Shown here: in pieces, positions 35,249 to 42,669 of the stretch
Position numbering within the stretch: the stretch's first letter is position 1
Layout: the number at the start of each line of letters is the position of its first letter
NCBI GenBank assembly: GCA_003221615.1
Contig: QHSQ01000108.1
Coordinates: 9,678 to 73,677 of the forward strand
DNA: 64,000 nucleotides
DNA from: Candidatus Rokuibacteriota bacterium
Lineage (GTDB): Bacteria > Methylomirabilota > Methylomirabilia > Rokubacteriales > CSP1-6
Direction: 5' to 3'
Notes under the pieces: generated by a model
Told to the model about the DNA's origin: nothing
Databases searched by the model: none
What the model saw: only the letters and a program-made list of their open reading frames with translations
Position numbers and translations under genes: made by a program

Positions 35249-35359
35249 CGGCAGCGGCGCGCCTCTAAATCGAGGTCGCTACTCTGGGCCCACTCCGGGA
35301 CGAACGCAACCCCAAACTGAGGCGCGGCCGACTCGCCGACCGGAGCGACCCTCGTCGAG

Positions 35360-36190
35360 CTAAGGAGTCTGGGCGGGACGCGGCTTGATGCCGACGGGAG
35401 CGTCGTCGATCGCCGGCTCGCCGCCGATGTCGATCGGCGCATGCCCGACGATTTCACTCTTGACGCGATCCATCAGGCCCTTGGCTTTCGACACGATGCG
35501 TCCAGTCGCGTCCTCGACTCGCTCCGCATATGTCTCGATCGTGCCGCGCCTGGTCTTCTGCGCCCGGGTAGCGGTCGTCCGCGCCGCGGGCGGATTCGGG
35601 CGCGCGCGCGAGACGTTGGCAGGCGCCGGTGCGTTTGTCGGTGGGCCGCTCACGATCGGCGCGTGAGCCGCTCCGGCCGAAGGAGCCTGCTCAGGGCGAG
35701 GCGCGAGCGTCGAGGGTTCGTGTGTCGTCGCTCCCGACGAAGAGGACGCATCGCTGGGTATTCGCTCAGAGAGACTGCTCGAGGGCGGCGACAAGATCAG
35801 CGCGACCATGACCGCGCCGGCGGCGCCGACGACGCGCCGCGGCCGTGCCTCGCGTCTGCGCCTGAAGCTCAGGATATTCTCGAACCGCGCGCGATCGTCG
35901 TCGGGCTCCGTGAGACGGCGCGCCGTCATCGGCGCCCCCGGCACGATGGCAAATCCCTTCGTCCTCACCTCGAGATCCACCTGTGGATTCTGACGGCGAT
36001 CGACAAGTCCCCGGTCCGGCTCGGCGGCGCTCGTTTGGAACACGTTCCGGTCCCGGCGCCGATCCATGACGATCTCGACCTCGTCGTCCGGGTCCAGAGA
36101 CGCCTGCAGGCTCAGAACGAGATCGCTGCACTGCAGTGGATCGCGCGAGACGATACAGAGGCTCCGGCGTGCGGGGTTCATCGCATCCAT
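35360..36190 (-). CDS. 'DRR'-domain membrane protein (paralog 2 of 3)
   Basis: N-terminus ...SLCIVSRDPLQCSDLVLSLQASLDPDDEVEIVMDRRRDR...VDRRQNPQVDLEVRTKGFAIVP. Then an acidic/Arg motif (DDDRARFENILSFRRRRE), one TM helix (VVGAAGAVMVALIL) and a Ser/Pro/Ala-rich tail. Confidence 0.6.
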   Translation of the reverse strand: MDAMNPARRSLCIVSRDPLQCSDLVLSLQASLDPDDEVEIVMDRRRDRNVFQTSAAEPDRGLVDRRQNPQVDLEVRTKGFAIVPGAPMTARRLTEPDDDRARFENILSFRRRREARPRRVVGAAGAVMVALILSPPSSSLSERIPSDASSSSGATTHEPSTLAPRPEQAPSAGAAHAPIVSGPPTNAPAPANVSRARPNPPAARTTATRAQKTRRGTIETYAERVEDATGRIVSKAKGLMDRVKSEIVGHAPIDIGGEPAIDDAPVGIKPRPAQTP

Positions 36191-36208
36191 CGTGGGCGCC
36201 GGGTGTCG

Positions 36209-37501
36209 CTACGGGCCAATAGGAATTTCGACTCGTTTGTCACCTGTGATCACGCGGATCCGGAGATCGACCGGCGCCGACCGGACAGGGGGCAACGTCC
36301 CTCGATAGGTGCCTTGCTCGGGCACGAAGCCCATCCGGACGTTTTCGAGCGTACCGTCCGCCATGCGGGCGATCAGCAACACCTCGGCGTCCGACAGCGG
36401 CTTGCCCGTCGGGTCCGCGATCCTGACCGCGTACGCCCCACCCGATGCGCTGGCCTCGCGAATCAGCTCGATGCGAGGCAGACCAGCAAACCGCGGCGCG
36501 ATCGTCCTCGACACCGGTTCCGGTGACGACGGGACACTCGCGGTCTCTCTGGGAGCCGGCGCGGGAACCGGCGTGCTCGGGCTCGGCCGAACCGGCTCGA
36601 TCGATCTCGGTCTGGCTTTGGAACCCATTCCCGTCGCCGCTCTCGAAGGTGCGGCGCTCTCGACCGGCGGCGTGCTGCTCTCGCTCGGCGAGGTGACCGC
36701 GCCGTTGTCACGCGACGGCGCGGGCTCCGTGGGGGCGGAGCCAAGCGACGCCGATCCGCGAGTCGTCCGCTCGAGAGGCGCGGTCTCGGCGCCTGGTGTA
36801 CGAGTGGGGGCCGAGGCAGGCTTTTCGGCCACCGCCGGAGCCTGCGTCGGGGCCGAAGTGTCGGCCGTCTGAGCTGGCTGATTCGACGGGCCCGGTGCCT
36901 CCGGCGAGATTCGCTGCACGAGGTTGTTCCTGAGACTCTGCCCCGTGGGCGATAGAAGAAACGCGGCGGTTGCCACCGCGACCAGCCCGGCGACGAGCCA
37001 CGGGACGAGGCCGCTCGACCGCTCGCGCCTGAAGTCGCGGATCGCCTCCAGCCGCTCATCGTCGTCATCGTCGAAAGCGCGCCCGCTCGGCACCGAGGGA
37101 ACCAAACGGGACAGCGGAGTCCGGTTGCCTTCCGGGGCGAGACTGCTCGAGCGCTCGCGCTTGAAGTCGCGGATCGCCTCCAGCCGTTCCTCGTCGTCGT
37201 CGACGCCAAGGCGCCCGCTCGGCGCCGAGGGACGCAAACGCGACGGCGGAGTCTGGTCGTCTTCCGAAGCCGGTGCTGGAACCATGGCAAAGCCGTTGGT
37301 CCGCAACGCGGCATCGACTTGAGGCCGGCGACGGCGATCCACCGCGCGTTCCCATTCGCCCTGAGTCTCGCCGCCGCGGCGATCCACGATGATCTCAAGC
37401 TGGTCGTGGGGACGGAGCGACGCTCGGAGGGCCGCGATAAAGTCCCCGCCGCGAATCCGTTCTCCGGAGATGATGCACAGGCACGTCGGCTGATCAGCCA
37501 C
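36209..37501 (-). CDS. 'DRR'-domain membrane protein (paralog 3 of 3) with a duplicated juxtamembrane module and a C-terminal beta-rich domain
   Basis: The likely start is GTG 37501, 5 nt after GGAGG (the listed ORF starts at TTG 37513). N-terminus ...CLCIISGERIRGGDFIAALRASLRPHDQLEIIVDRR...VDRRRRPQVDAALRTNGFAMVP. The 44-aa module ...SRL.PS.PSGR...DDD.ERLEAIRDF.RERSS occurs twice. Then a TM helix (WLVAGLVAVATAAFLL), a Pro/Ser/Ala-rich region and a C-terminal domain (...YAVRIADPTGKPLSDAEVLLIARMADGT...). Confidence 0.65.
   Translation of the reverse strand: MADQPTCLCIISGERIRGGDFIAALRASLRPHDQLEIIVDRRGGETQGEWERAVDRRRRPQVDAALRTNGFAMVPAPASEDDQTPPSRLRPSAPSGRLGVDDDEERLEAIRDFKRERSSSLAPEGNRTPLSRLVPSVPSGRAFDDDDDERLEAIRDFRRERSSGLVPWLVAGLVAVATAAFLLSPTGQSLRNNLVQRISPEAPGPSNQPAQTADTSAPTQAPAVAEKPASAPTRTPGAETAPLERTTRGSASLGSAPTEPAPSRDNGAVTSPSESSTPPVESAAPSRAATGMGSKARPRSIEPVRPSPSTPVPAPAPRETASVPSSPEPVSRTIAPRFAGLPRIELIREASASGGAYAVRIADPTGKPLSDAEVLLIARMADGTLENVRMGFVPEQGTYRGTLPPVRSAPVDLRIRVITGDKRVEIPIGP
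37020..37283. repeat. Tandem 132-bp (44-codon) in-frame duplication inside CDS 36209..37501
   Basis: CGCTCGCGCCTGAAGTCGCGGATCGCCTCCAGCCG at ~37020 recurs as CGCTCGCGCTTGAAGTCGCGGATCGCCTCCAGCCG at ~37152. Similarity continues through both units. Confidence 0.8.
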
Positions 37502-37649
37502 GAGTACCTCCAATGTAGCAACGCGGATGCCGACCCGGGTGGCGAGGGCCCGACCTCGAGGTGGCCGGCTCAGCGCAGAAAGCCCGCGTCAGGTCAGAGG
37601 CAGAGCGCTCCAGTCGGTTCCCCTGGTGAGCCTGGGCGCTCGGGGACAG

Positions 37650-37681
37650 GTAAAAGTTACTCGGCACACGGTAACTTCTAC
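37650..37681. promoter_or_regulatory. AT-rich inverted repeat GTAAAAGTTAC-N10-GTAACTTCTAC in a divergent intergenic region
   Basis: The 11-nt arms have 1 mismatch. This is the most AT-rich patch of the 265-bp region between the paralog-3 gene (-) and the MetE-like gene (+). Confidence 0.25.
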
Positions 37682-37766
37682 ACATTCTGGGGCGTCGGTG
37701 TGGGAAGCGCCTGAGCACGGGATCGAGTACACTCCCGACACTTCGCTCACGCGTGGAGGACGCACC

Positions 37767-38981
37767 ATGAGGCAGAGCCGCGATCAGATTCTGACTAGCC
37801 ATGCGGGGAGTCTGCCACGCCCTGATGCGTTGATCGAGGCCAATCGTGCGCGCGAGTCGGGCATGGCGACCGACGAGCGCCGCTTCCAGGACGAGCTGCG
37901 GTCGAGCGTCGCGGAGGTCGTGCGCCTCCAGAAGCAGGCAGGCATCGCGATTCCCGGCGACGGTGAGTTCGGGAAGTCGATGGGACACAAGGTCAACTAC
38001 CGGGCGTGGTGGAGCTACTCTTTCCAGCGTCTGGGCGGGCTCGAGCTCGGCACCACGGGGCTCTACGACATGCCAGCGCAGCGATCCCGGCCCGGCGAGG
38101 TGGTGCTGACGAGCTTTGCCGATCGTCGCGACCGCGTGAGGTTCGCGGCCGCCTACGCCGACCCCGACTCGGGCATCACGACCGGGCCTCGCTCTGCATT
38201 GTGGCCGGTGTGCGTCGGTAGGCTGACCTACACGGGACAGGCAGCCATCCAGTCCGACATCGCGAACTTCAAGGCGGCGCTGCACGCTGCAGGTGTCCAG
38301 GAAGGCTTCATGACCTCGATCGCGCCGGGCAGCGCTTCACGCATCGCGAATCGCTACTACAAGACCGAAGAGGAGTTTCTATTCGCGTGCGCTGATGCGA
38401 TGCGTGAGGAATACAAGGCCATCGTCGACGCCGGGCTCGTCTTGCAGCTCGATGATCCGGCGATCGCCGAGAACTGGGACATGGTCAATCCGGAGCCCGC
38501 GGTGGCCGACTACAAGAGGTTCTCGATGGTCCGCGTGGAAGCGCTCAACCACGCGCTCAAGGGACTCCCGGAAGACCGGATCCGGTTTCATCTTTGCTGG
38601 GGCAGTTGGCACGGCCCGCATACGACCGACGTACCCATGCGTGACATCGTCGAGGTCATGCTGGCGGTCAAGTGCCGCGCCTACTCGTTCGAGGCCGCCA
38701 ATGTGCGGCACGAGCACGAGTGGAAGGTATGGCAAGACGTGAAGCTACCCGACAGCAAGCTGATCCTGCCCGGGATCGTGAGTCACGCGACGAACGTGGT
38801 CGAGCATCCCGAGCTCGTGGCCGAGCGCATCACGAAATTCGCGAATGCCGTCGGCAAGGAGCGCGTGATCGCCTCGACCGACTGCGGTCTCGGCGGCCGC
38901 GTCCATCCACAGATCGCCTGGGCCAAGCTCGAAGCGCTCGCGCAGGGAGCCGCGCTGGCGACGCGACAGCTCTGGCGCTAG
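37767..38981 (+). CDS. Cobalamin-independent methionine synthase (MetE C-terminal-like) family protein
   Basis: GGAGGA SD, then ATG 37767. Sequence MRQSRDQILTSHAGSLPRP...GIAIPGDGEFGK...IRFHLCWGSWHGPH...ASTDCGLGG, matching the Meth_synt_2-like pattern (Zn-ligand His/Cys/Cys positions). Confidence 0.8.
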   Translation: MRQSRDQILTSHAGSLPRPDALIEANRARESGMATDERRFQDELRSSVAEVVRLQKQAGIAIPGDGEFGKSMGHKVNYRAWWSYSFQRLGGLELGTTGLYDMPAQRSRPGEVVLTSFADRRDRVRFAAAYADPDSGITTGPRSALWPVCVGRLTYTGQAAIQSDIANFKAALHAAGVQEGFMTSIAPGSASRIANRYYKTEEEFLFACADAMREEYKAIVDAGLVLQLDDPAIAENWDMVNPEPAVADYKRFSMVRVEALNHALKGLPEDRIRFHLCWGSWHGPHTTDVPMRDIVEVMLAVKCRAYSFEAANVRHEHEWKVWQDVKLPDSKLILPGIVSHATNVVEHPELVAERITKFANAVGKERVIASTDCGLGGRVHPQIAWAKLEALAQGAALATRQLWR

Positions 38982-38988
38982 GGAAGCC

Positions 38989-41235
38989 TCAGCGGCCCGG
39001 CTGCTCCTTGCCGCCTCCGCGACGCTCTGGCTGCTGACCTTCGGGCTGCTGGCGCCGCGACTCGGCCCGTTCGGGCGATATGCGGTTTGCCGGCTCTCCG
39101 GGAAGCCGCTGCTGCTGTTGTGGTCCCCGCCCCTCGACCCGCTGGGGATGGGGCGCCGGTTGTTGGGCCTGCGGCGGCGGCTGCCGCTGGCCGCGCGCGT
39201 CCTCGCGCGGAGCGGCCGGCCCGGGCCCGGGACGCTGCACATTGCCGTCCGGACGCTGCGTGTTGCCATCCGGGCGCGCCGGACTGTTGTCGGGGCGCCG
39301 CGTGCTCCCGTCGGGTCGCGGAGCGTTGCCTGGACGCTGCGCGTTGCTGTCGGGACGCTGTGCGTTGCTGTTCGGCTGTTGCACGCTGCTGTCGGAACGC
39401 TGCGCGCTACCGGGACGCTGTGCGTTGTTCTCGGGACGCTGTGCGTTCCCGTCGGGGCGCTGCGTGTTCCCCTCGGAGCGCTGCGCGTTGTTGCCGTCTC
39501 GACGCGGCGCGTTGCCGTCGGGACGTTGCGGGTTGCCGCTGGGGCGCTGCGCTTCGTTATCCCGCGCACCGCGCATCGCCTCGGGCGGTTCCGGGGCTCC
39601 GAATTGCCGCGGCTGAGGTGGACGCTGACGCTCCACCTGACTGTTTCCGAACGTGGGCCTCGCGGACACAGCTCCAGTGGATGCCGGCTTCGGCGCCGGC
39701 ACGATCCGGGGCGGCGGTGCGCCGGCACCATTCCCCGCCCGCGGGCCGTCGGCGCGCGGACCTTCGTTATGCGCGCCCTCGACTCGGGCCGCGTCTGCAG
39801 GCCGTGGGCCGTCTCGCCGCGGCGCGCGCGTGGCGACCACCGTCCGGGTGATCGTGTGATCGGGCGGCCGCGTCGCGCGCCCGCTCGCCGCGACGAAGCT
39901 CGACGCGTCGGGAGCCACGCGGATCGGCCCGCGCGCCGGCTCAAGATGGCGCGCGTCGATCTGCGCGATGCGCGCCTGCTGAACAGGGCTGCGGCCGAAG
40001 TGGTCCTCGCGAACCGCGACGACCGCGTTGTGGACGTTGGTGTTCCTGTAGACGTTGATGTTGGTGACGTTCACGACCGTCGTGCGATTGACGACGACGT
40101 TGTTGACGAAGCGCGGCCCGCCCCAGCCGACCCAGGTCGGCCGGCCGACGAACTGGGGTCTGCCCCACCACGGCACGAGCGGCTCACCCCAGCTCAACGC
40201 GACCCAGCTCACCCCGGGGACGCCGATGGCCACACGGACGCTCGGCGCTCCGAAGAACGCGACCAGCGCGGGGGCGTAAACAGGCCTGACGATCACGGGC
40301 CCCGGCGCCCACGCCCAGTAGCCACTCACGAAGACCCAGCGGCCATAGTGATATGGAGCCCAGCCCCACGGCGCGGTATCGACCCAGGTCCAGCCGTAAT
40401 ACGGATCCATGACCCAGCGGCCAGTACTGTACGGCGCCCACCCGGCAGGAACCGACTGGGGAACCCACACGGATCCGTACGTCGGAACCACTCGCCAGTC
40501 GCCGTAATGGTCGAGGTCATCGACGCCGTACACGCCCGCGGAGACGTAGCGAGAGCTGATCGTATCGATGAGGTCCTCGGTGCGCGCGTAGTTCCACCGA
40601 TCCCACACGTCGAGCTCCGGGGCCACGTAGCTCCGCACGGTCGGCGTCTCCACGCCCTCGAGCACCACCTCTTCGCTCGACGCGATCGCCACGGCCTGGC
40701 CACCGGCAGGCGTCATCGTCGCCTGTCCGGAGCGCCGCGTCACGAAGGAGCTCCCGCTCTGCGTCACGTCGACACGGTAGTAGCCAGCGCGCTCGATCGT
40801 GAACGCCGCCTGAGGCGTATCGATCTCCACCGTGCGGCCCGGATCGACGCTGCGGAGGTCGAGCGCGACGTGGCCCCCGGTGACCTTGATCTGCAGGAAA
40901 TCCGGCTCGTGGTTCACGAGACCGAGCTGGGAGTCGCCCCATGCCCGCACGAACGCGCGCGCGCCCACCTGGAGCTCGAGATTGCCCCGGTTACCCGTGT
41001 AGAGCTCGTCCCCGGGCGCCAGGGCCGTGTTGACTTGCGCGGGAGCCCAGTCCGACGCCCCCGGCCGAAAATAAGAGACCTCGCCCTCGGCATAGCTCAG
41101 CCGGGGCGGGGTGTTACCAATCGCGCCGTCGTCACTCTCAGCCGCCCGGACGGCTCCCACACCGAGAACAGTCTGAGAGGCGAGCATCAGAGCCAGAGCA
41201 GCCGAGATTGCCGGCCTTCCCGCACGCCTGAGCAT
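38989..41235 (-). CDS. Large secreted protein: FecR-like N-terminal domain, Trp/Tyr/Gly-rich central domain (DUF6600-like), C-terminal heptapeptide repeat array
   Basis: Signal peptide MLRRAGRPAISAALALMLASQTVLGVGAVRA. FecR-like ...GEVSYFRPGASDWAPAQVNTALAPGDELYTGNRGNLELQVG.... Central ...GWAPYSTGRWVMDPYYGWTWVDTAPWGWAPYHYGRWVFVSGYWAWAPG.... C-terminal (QRPDGNA)n repeats. Confidence 0.8.
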   Translation of the reverse strand: MLRRAGRPAISAALALMLASQTVLGVGAVRAAESDDGAIGNTPPRLSYAEGEVSYFRPGASDWAPAQVNTALAPGDELYTGNRGNLELQVGARAFVRAWGDSQLGLVNHEPDFLQIKVTGGHVALDLRSVDPGRTVEIDTPQAAFTIERAGYYRVDVTQSGSSFVTRRSGQATMTPAGGQAVAIASSEEVVLEGVETPTVRSYVAPELDVWDRWNYARTEDLIDTISSRYVSAGVYGVDDLDHYGDWRVVPTYGSVWVPQSVPAGWAPYSTGRWVMDPYYGWTWVDTAPWGWAPYHYGRWVFVSGYWAWAPGPVIVRPVYAPALVAFFGAPSVRVAIGVPGVSWVALSWGEPLVPWWGRPQFVGRPTWVGWGGPRFVNNVVVNRTTVVNVTNINVYRNTNVHNAVVAVREDHFGRSPVQQARIAQIDARHLEPARGPIRVAPDASSFVAASGRATRPPDHTITRTVVATRAPRRDGPRPADAARVEGAHNEGPRADGPRAGNGAGAPPPRIVPAPKPASTGAVSARPTFGNSQVERQRPPQPRQFGAPEPPEAMRGARDNEAQRPSGNPQRPDGNAPRRDGNNAQRSEGNTQRPDGNAQRPENNAQRPGSAQRSDSSVQQPNSNAQRPDSNAQRPGNAPRPDGSTRRPDNSPARPDGNTQRPDGNVQRPGPGPAAPREDARGQRQPPPQAQQPAPHPQRVEGRGPQQQQRLPGEPANRISPERAESRRQQPEGQQPERRGGGKEQPGR
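39220..39555. repeat. About 15-16 tandem 21-nt (some 18/24-nt) coding repeats encoding QRPDGNA-type heptapeptides
   Basis: Plus-strand units such as GGGACGCTGTGCGTTGCTGTC and GGGACGCTGTGCGTTGTTCTC repeat. The translation reads QRPSGNP QRPDGNA PRRDGNNA QRSEGNT QRPDGNA QRPENNA ... QRPDGNV. Confidence 0.8.
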
Positions 41236-41366
41236 GAGGAACCCTCCTTTCCATCCGCTGATTCATCTGGTTGGACGGGTAACCATGGCGCCGCATTTCA
41301 TCGGGTCGGGACCCGATCCCGACTTGACGGTGCCGGGTACACGCGAGCAGACTCAATGCGTCCATA

Positions 41367-41394
41367 TAGTGAGGAGAGGATAGTGAGGAGAGGT
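41367..41394. repeat. Perfect tandem duplication TAGTGAGGAGAGG x2, containing the SD sequence and ending 2 nt before ATG 41397
   Basis: 41367-41380 TAGTGAGGAGAGGA and 41381-41394 TAGTGAGGAGAGGT, read directly from the sequence. Confidence 0.7.
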
Positions 41395-41396
41395 CG

Positions 41397-42149
41397 ATGG
41401 CAAGCAAGGGCCTGATAATCGCTGGTGTCGTGTTGGCCCTCGCCGCTGGTGTGGCGCTCGCGCCGGGCCACGCCTGGGCTCAACGGTCCCGGGGCGGTAT
41501 GGTCGCCGGTGGTGGACGCGCGTTCGTCGGAGGCGGCGGGCGCGTGATCGTCGGCGGAGGTGGGCGCGGCATCGTCGCGGGAGGCGGACGCGCCGTCGTG
41601 ACGCGGCCGGGATTCGCGCATCATCAGTTCATCCACCGCCCGTTCGTTCGGCCGTTCGTACGACCGTTCTTTCCGTTCGCGATCGTGGCGGCGGCGCCTG
41701 CCTTCGGCTATGACTATGCGTATCCACCGGCATATTATCCGCCCCCGGCGTACTATCCTCCGCCCTACTACGATCCTCCGAGCTACAGCCCGCCCGTGAG
41801 CTACGCTCCGGCGCCGAGCAGCACAGTGTCCGTCGCGCCGGCGCCGCCCACCGCGCCGCCCGCGCCGAACGTCGTGCAGTTTGCGACGGGACGCTACGAG
41901 TTGCGCGGTGATGGCGTGGCGTCGCCGTACACATGGGTGTGGATCCCGAATCCTCCGACGTCGGCGCCTCCCGCGGCCCCCACTGCCCCGCCGGCGGGAG
42001 AGCCGGGCTCGAGCAGCATCGCGCCCCCCGCCCGTGTGGGCCATCTCTATCGCTGGACCGACGCGCAGGGCGTCGTCTACTGGACCGATCGCCTGGACGC
42101 CGTGCCCGAGCAGTACCGCTCGCGAGCAAAGCAAACCACGCCCTCCTGA
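41397..42149 (+). CDS. Secreted Gly-rich / Pro-Tyr-rich protein with C-terminal DUF4124-like domain
   Basis: Signal peptide MASKGLIIAGVVLALAAGVALAPGHAWA. GGGGR.IV repeats, FVRPFVRPFFPF and YYPPPAYYPPPYYDPPSY low-complexity stretches. C-terminal ...LYRWTDAQGVVYWTDRLDAVPEQYR matches the DUF4124 pattern. Confidence 0.7.
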   Translation: MASKGLIIAGVVLALAAGVALAPGHAWAQRSRGGMVAGGGRAFVGGGGRVIVGGGGRGIVAGGGRAVVTRPGFAHHQFIHRPFVRPFVRPFFPFAIVAAAPAFGYDYAYPPAYYPPPAYYPPPYYDPPSYSPPVSYAPAPSSTVSVAPAPPTAPPAPNVVQFATGRYELRGDGVASPYTWVWIPNPPTSAPPAAPTAPPAGEPGSSSIAPPARVGHLYRWTDAQGVVYWTDRLDAVPEQYRSRAKQTTPS

Positions 42150-42181
42150 GCGGCGCGCAATCGGATCGCCGGGGCACGCTC

Positions 42182-42669
42182 ATGATCCTCGATCCGCAGC
42201 TCTAGGCCCTCTTCCTGACCGCCGCGCTCCTGCTGACCCTGGCTCCCGGCCCTGACACGATGTTCGTCCTCGGCGCCGGCCTCGGGGGCGGCCCGCGTGG
42301 TGGCCTCCTGGCGTCCGCCGGCATCATGACGGGCTTGCTCGTTCATTGTCGCTCGCCCTCGTCGGCGTGTCCGCCCTGATCGCCGCCTCGCCGCTCGCGT
42401 TCGACGTGCTTCGTTGGGCCGGCGCCGCCTATCTCATCTGGATCGGCGTGCCGCCGTTCGCGCGCGCGTGGCGAGACCGGAATGCCGCGCTCGCGTCCGG
42501 GCCGACGCCTTCGCCGAGGCGCGTCTACTGGCAGGGATTGACCACGAACCTTCTCAACCCGAAAGTCGCGATCGCCGCCGCGGGATTTGTGTTCGTGGGG
42601 CTGGCGCTACGCTTGATGCTCGTCAAACGCAAGATGGGCCCTTATCGGCCCCCTGCGGCGCGCTACTGA
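42182..42669 (+). pseudogene. LysE/RhtB-family amino-acid exporter pseudogene (in-frame stop, frameshift, internal deletion)
   Basis: ATG 42182 gives MILDPQL, then TAG at 42203, then ALFLTAALLLTLAPGPDTMFVLGAG...GIMTGLLVH. After a frameshift near 42345, the second frame continues LALVGVSALIAASPLAFDVLRWAGAAYLIWIGV...GLTTNLLNPKVAI. That jumps directly to a C-terminal helix (AGFVFVGLALRLML), and the usual FFLAFLPQF-type segment is missing. Confidence 0.65.

Noticed and set aside
37514-37766. Possible cobalamin or SAM riboswitch upstream of the MetE-like gene.
   Set aside because: I could not find a B12-box or the conserved SAM-I/II core sequences by eye. The gene is also a short MetE-C-terminal-like family member rather than canonical metE. 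A covariance-model scan (Rfam/Infernal) would be the decisive test.
39220-39555. Regularly spaced short repeats, considered as a possible CRISPR array.
   Set aside because: The units are contiguous 21-nt repeats without spacers, in frame within a long CDS, encoding heptapeptides. No cas genes are present.
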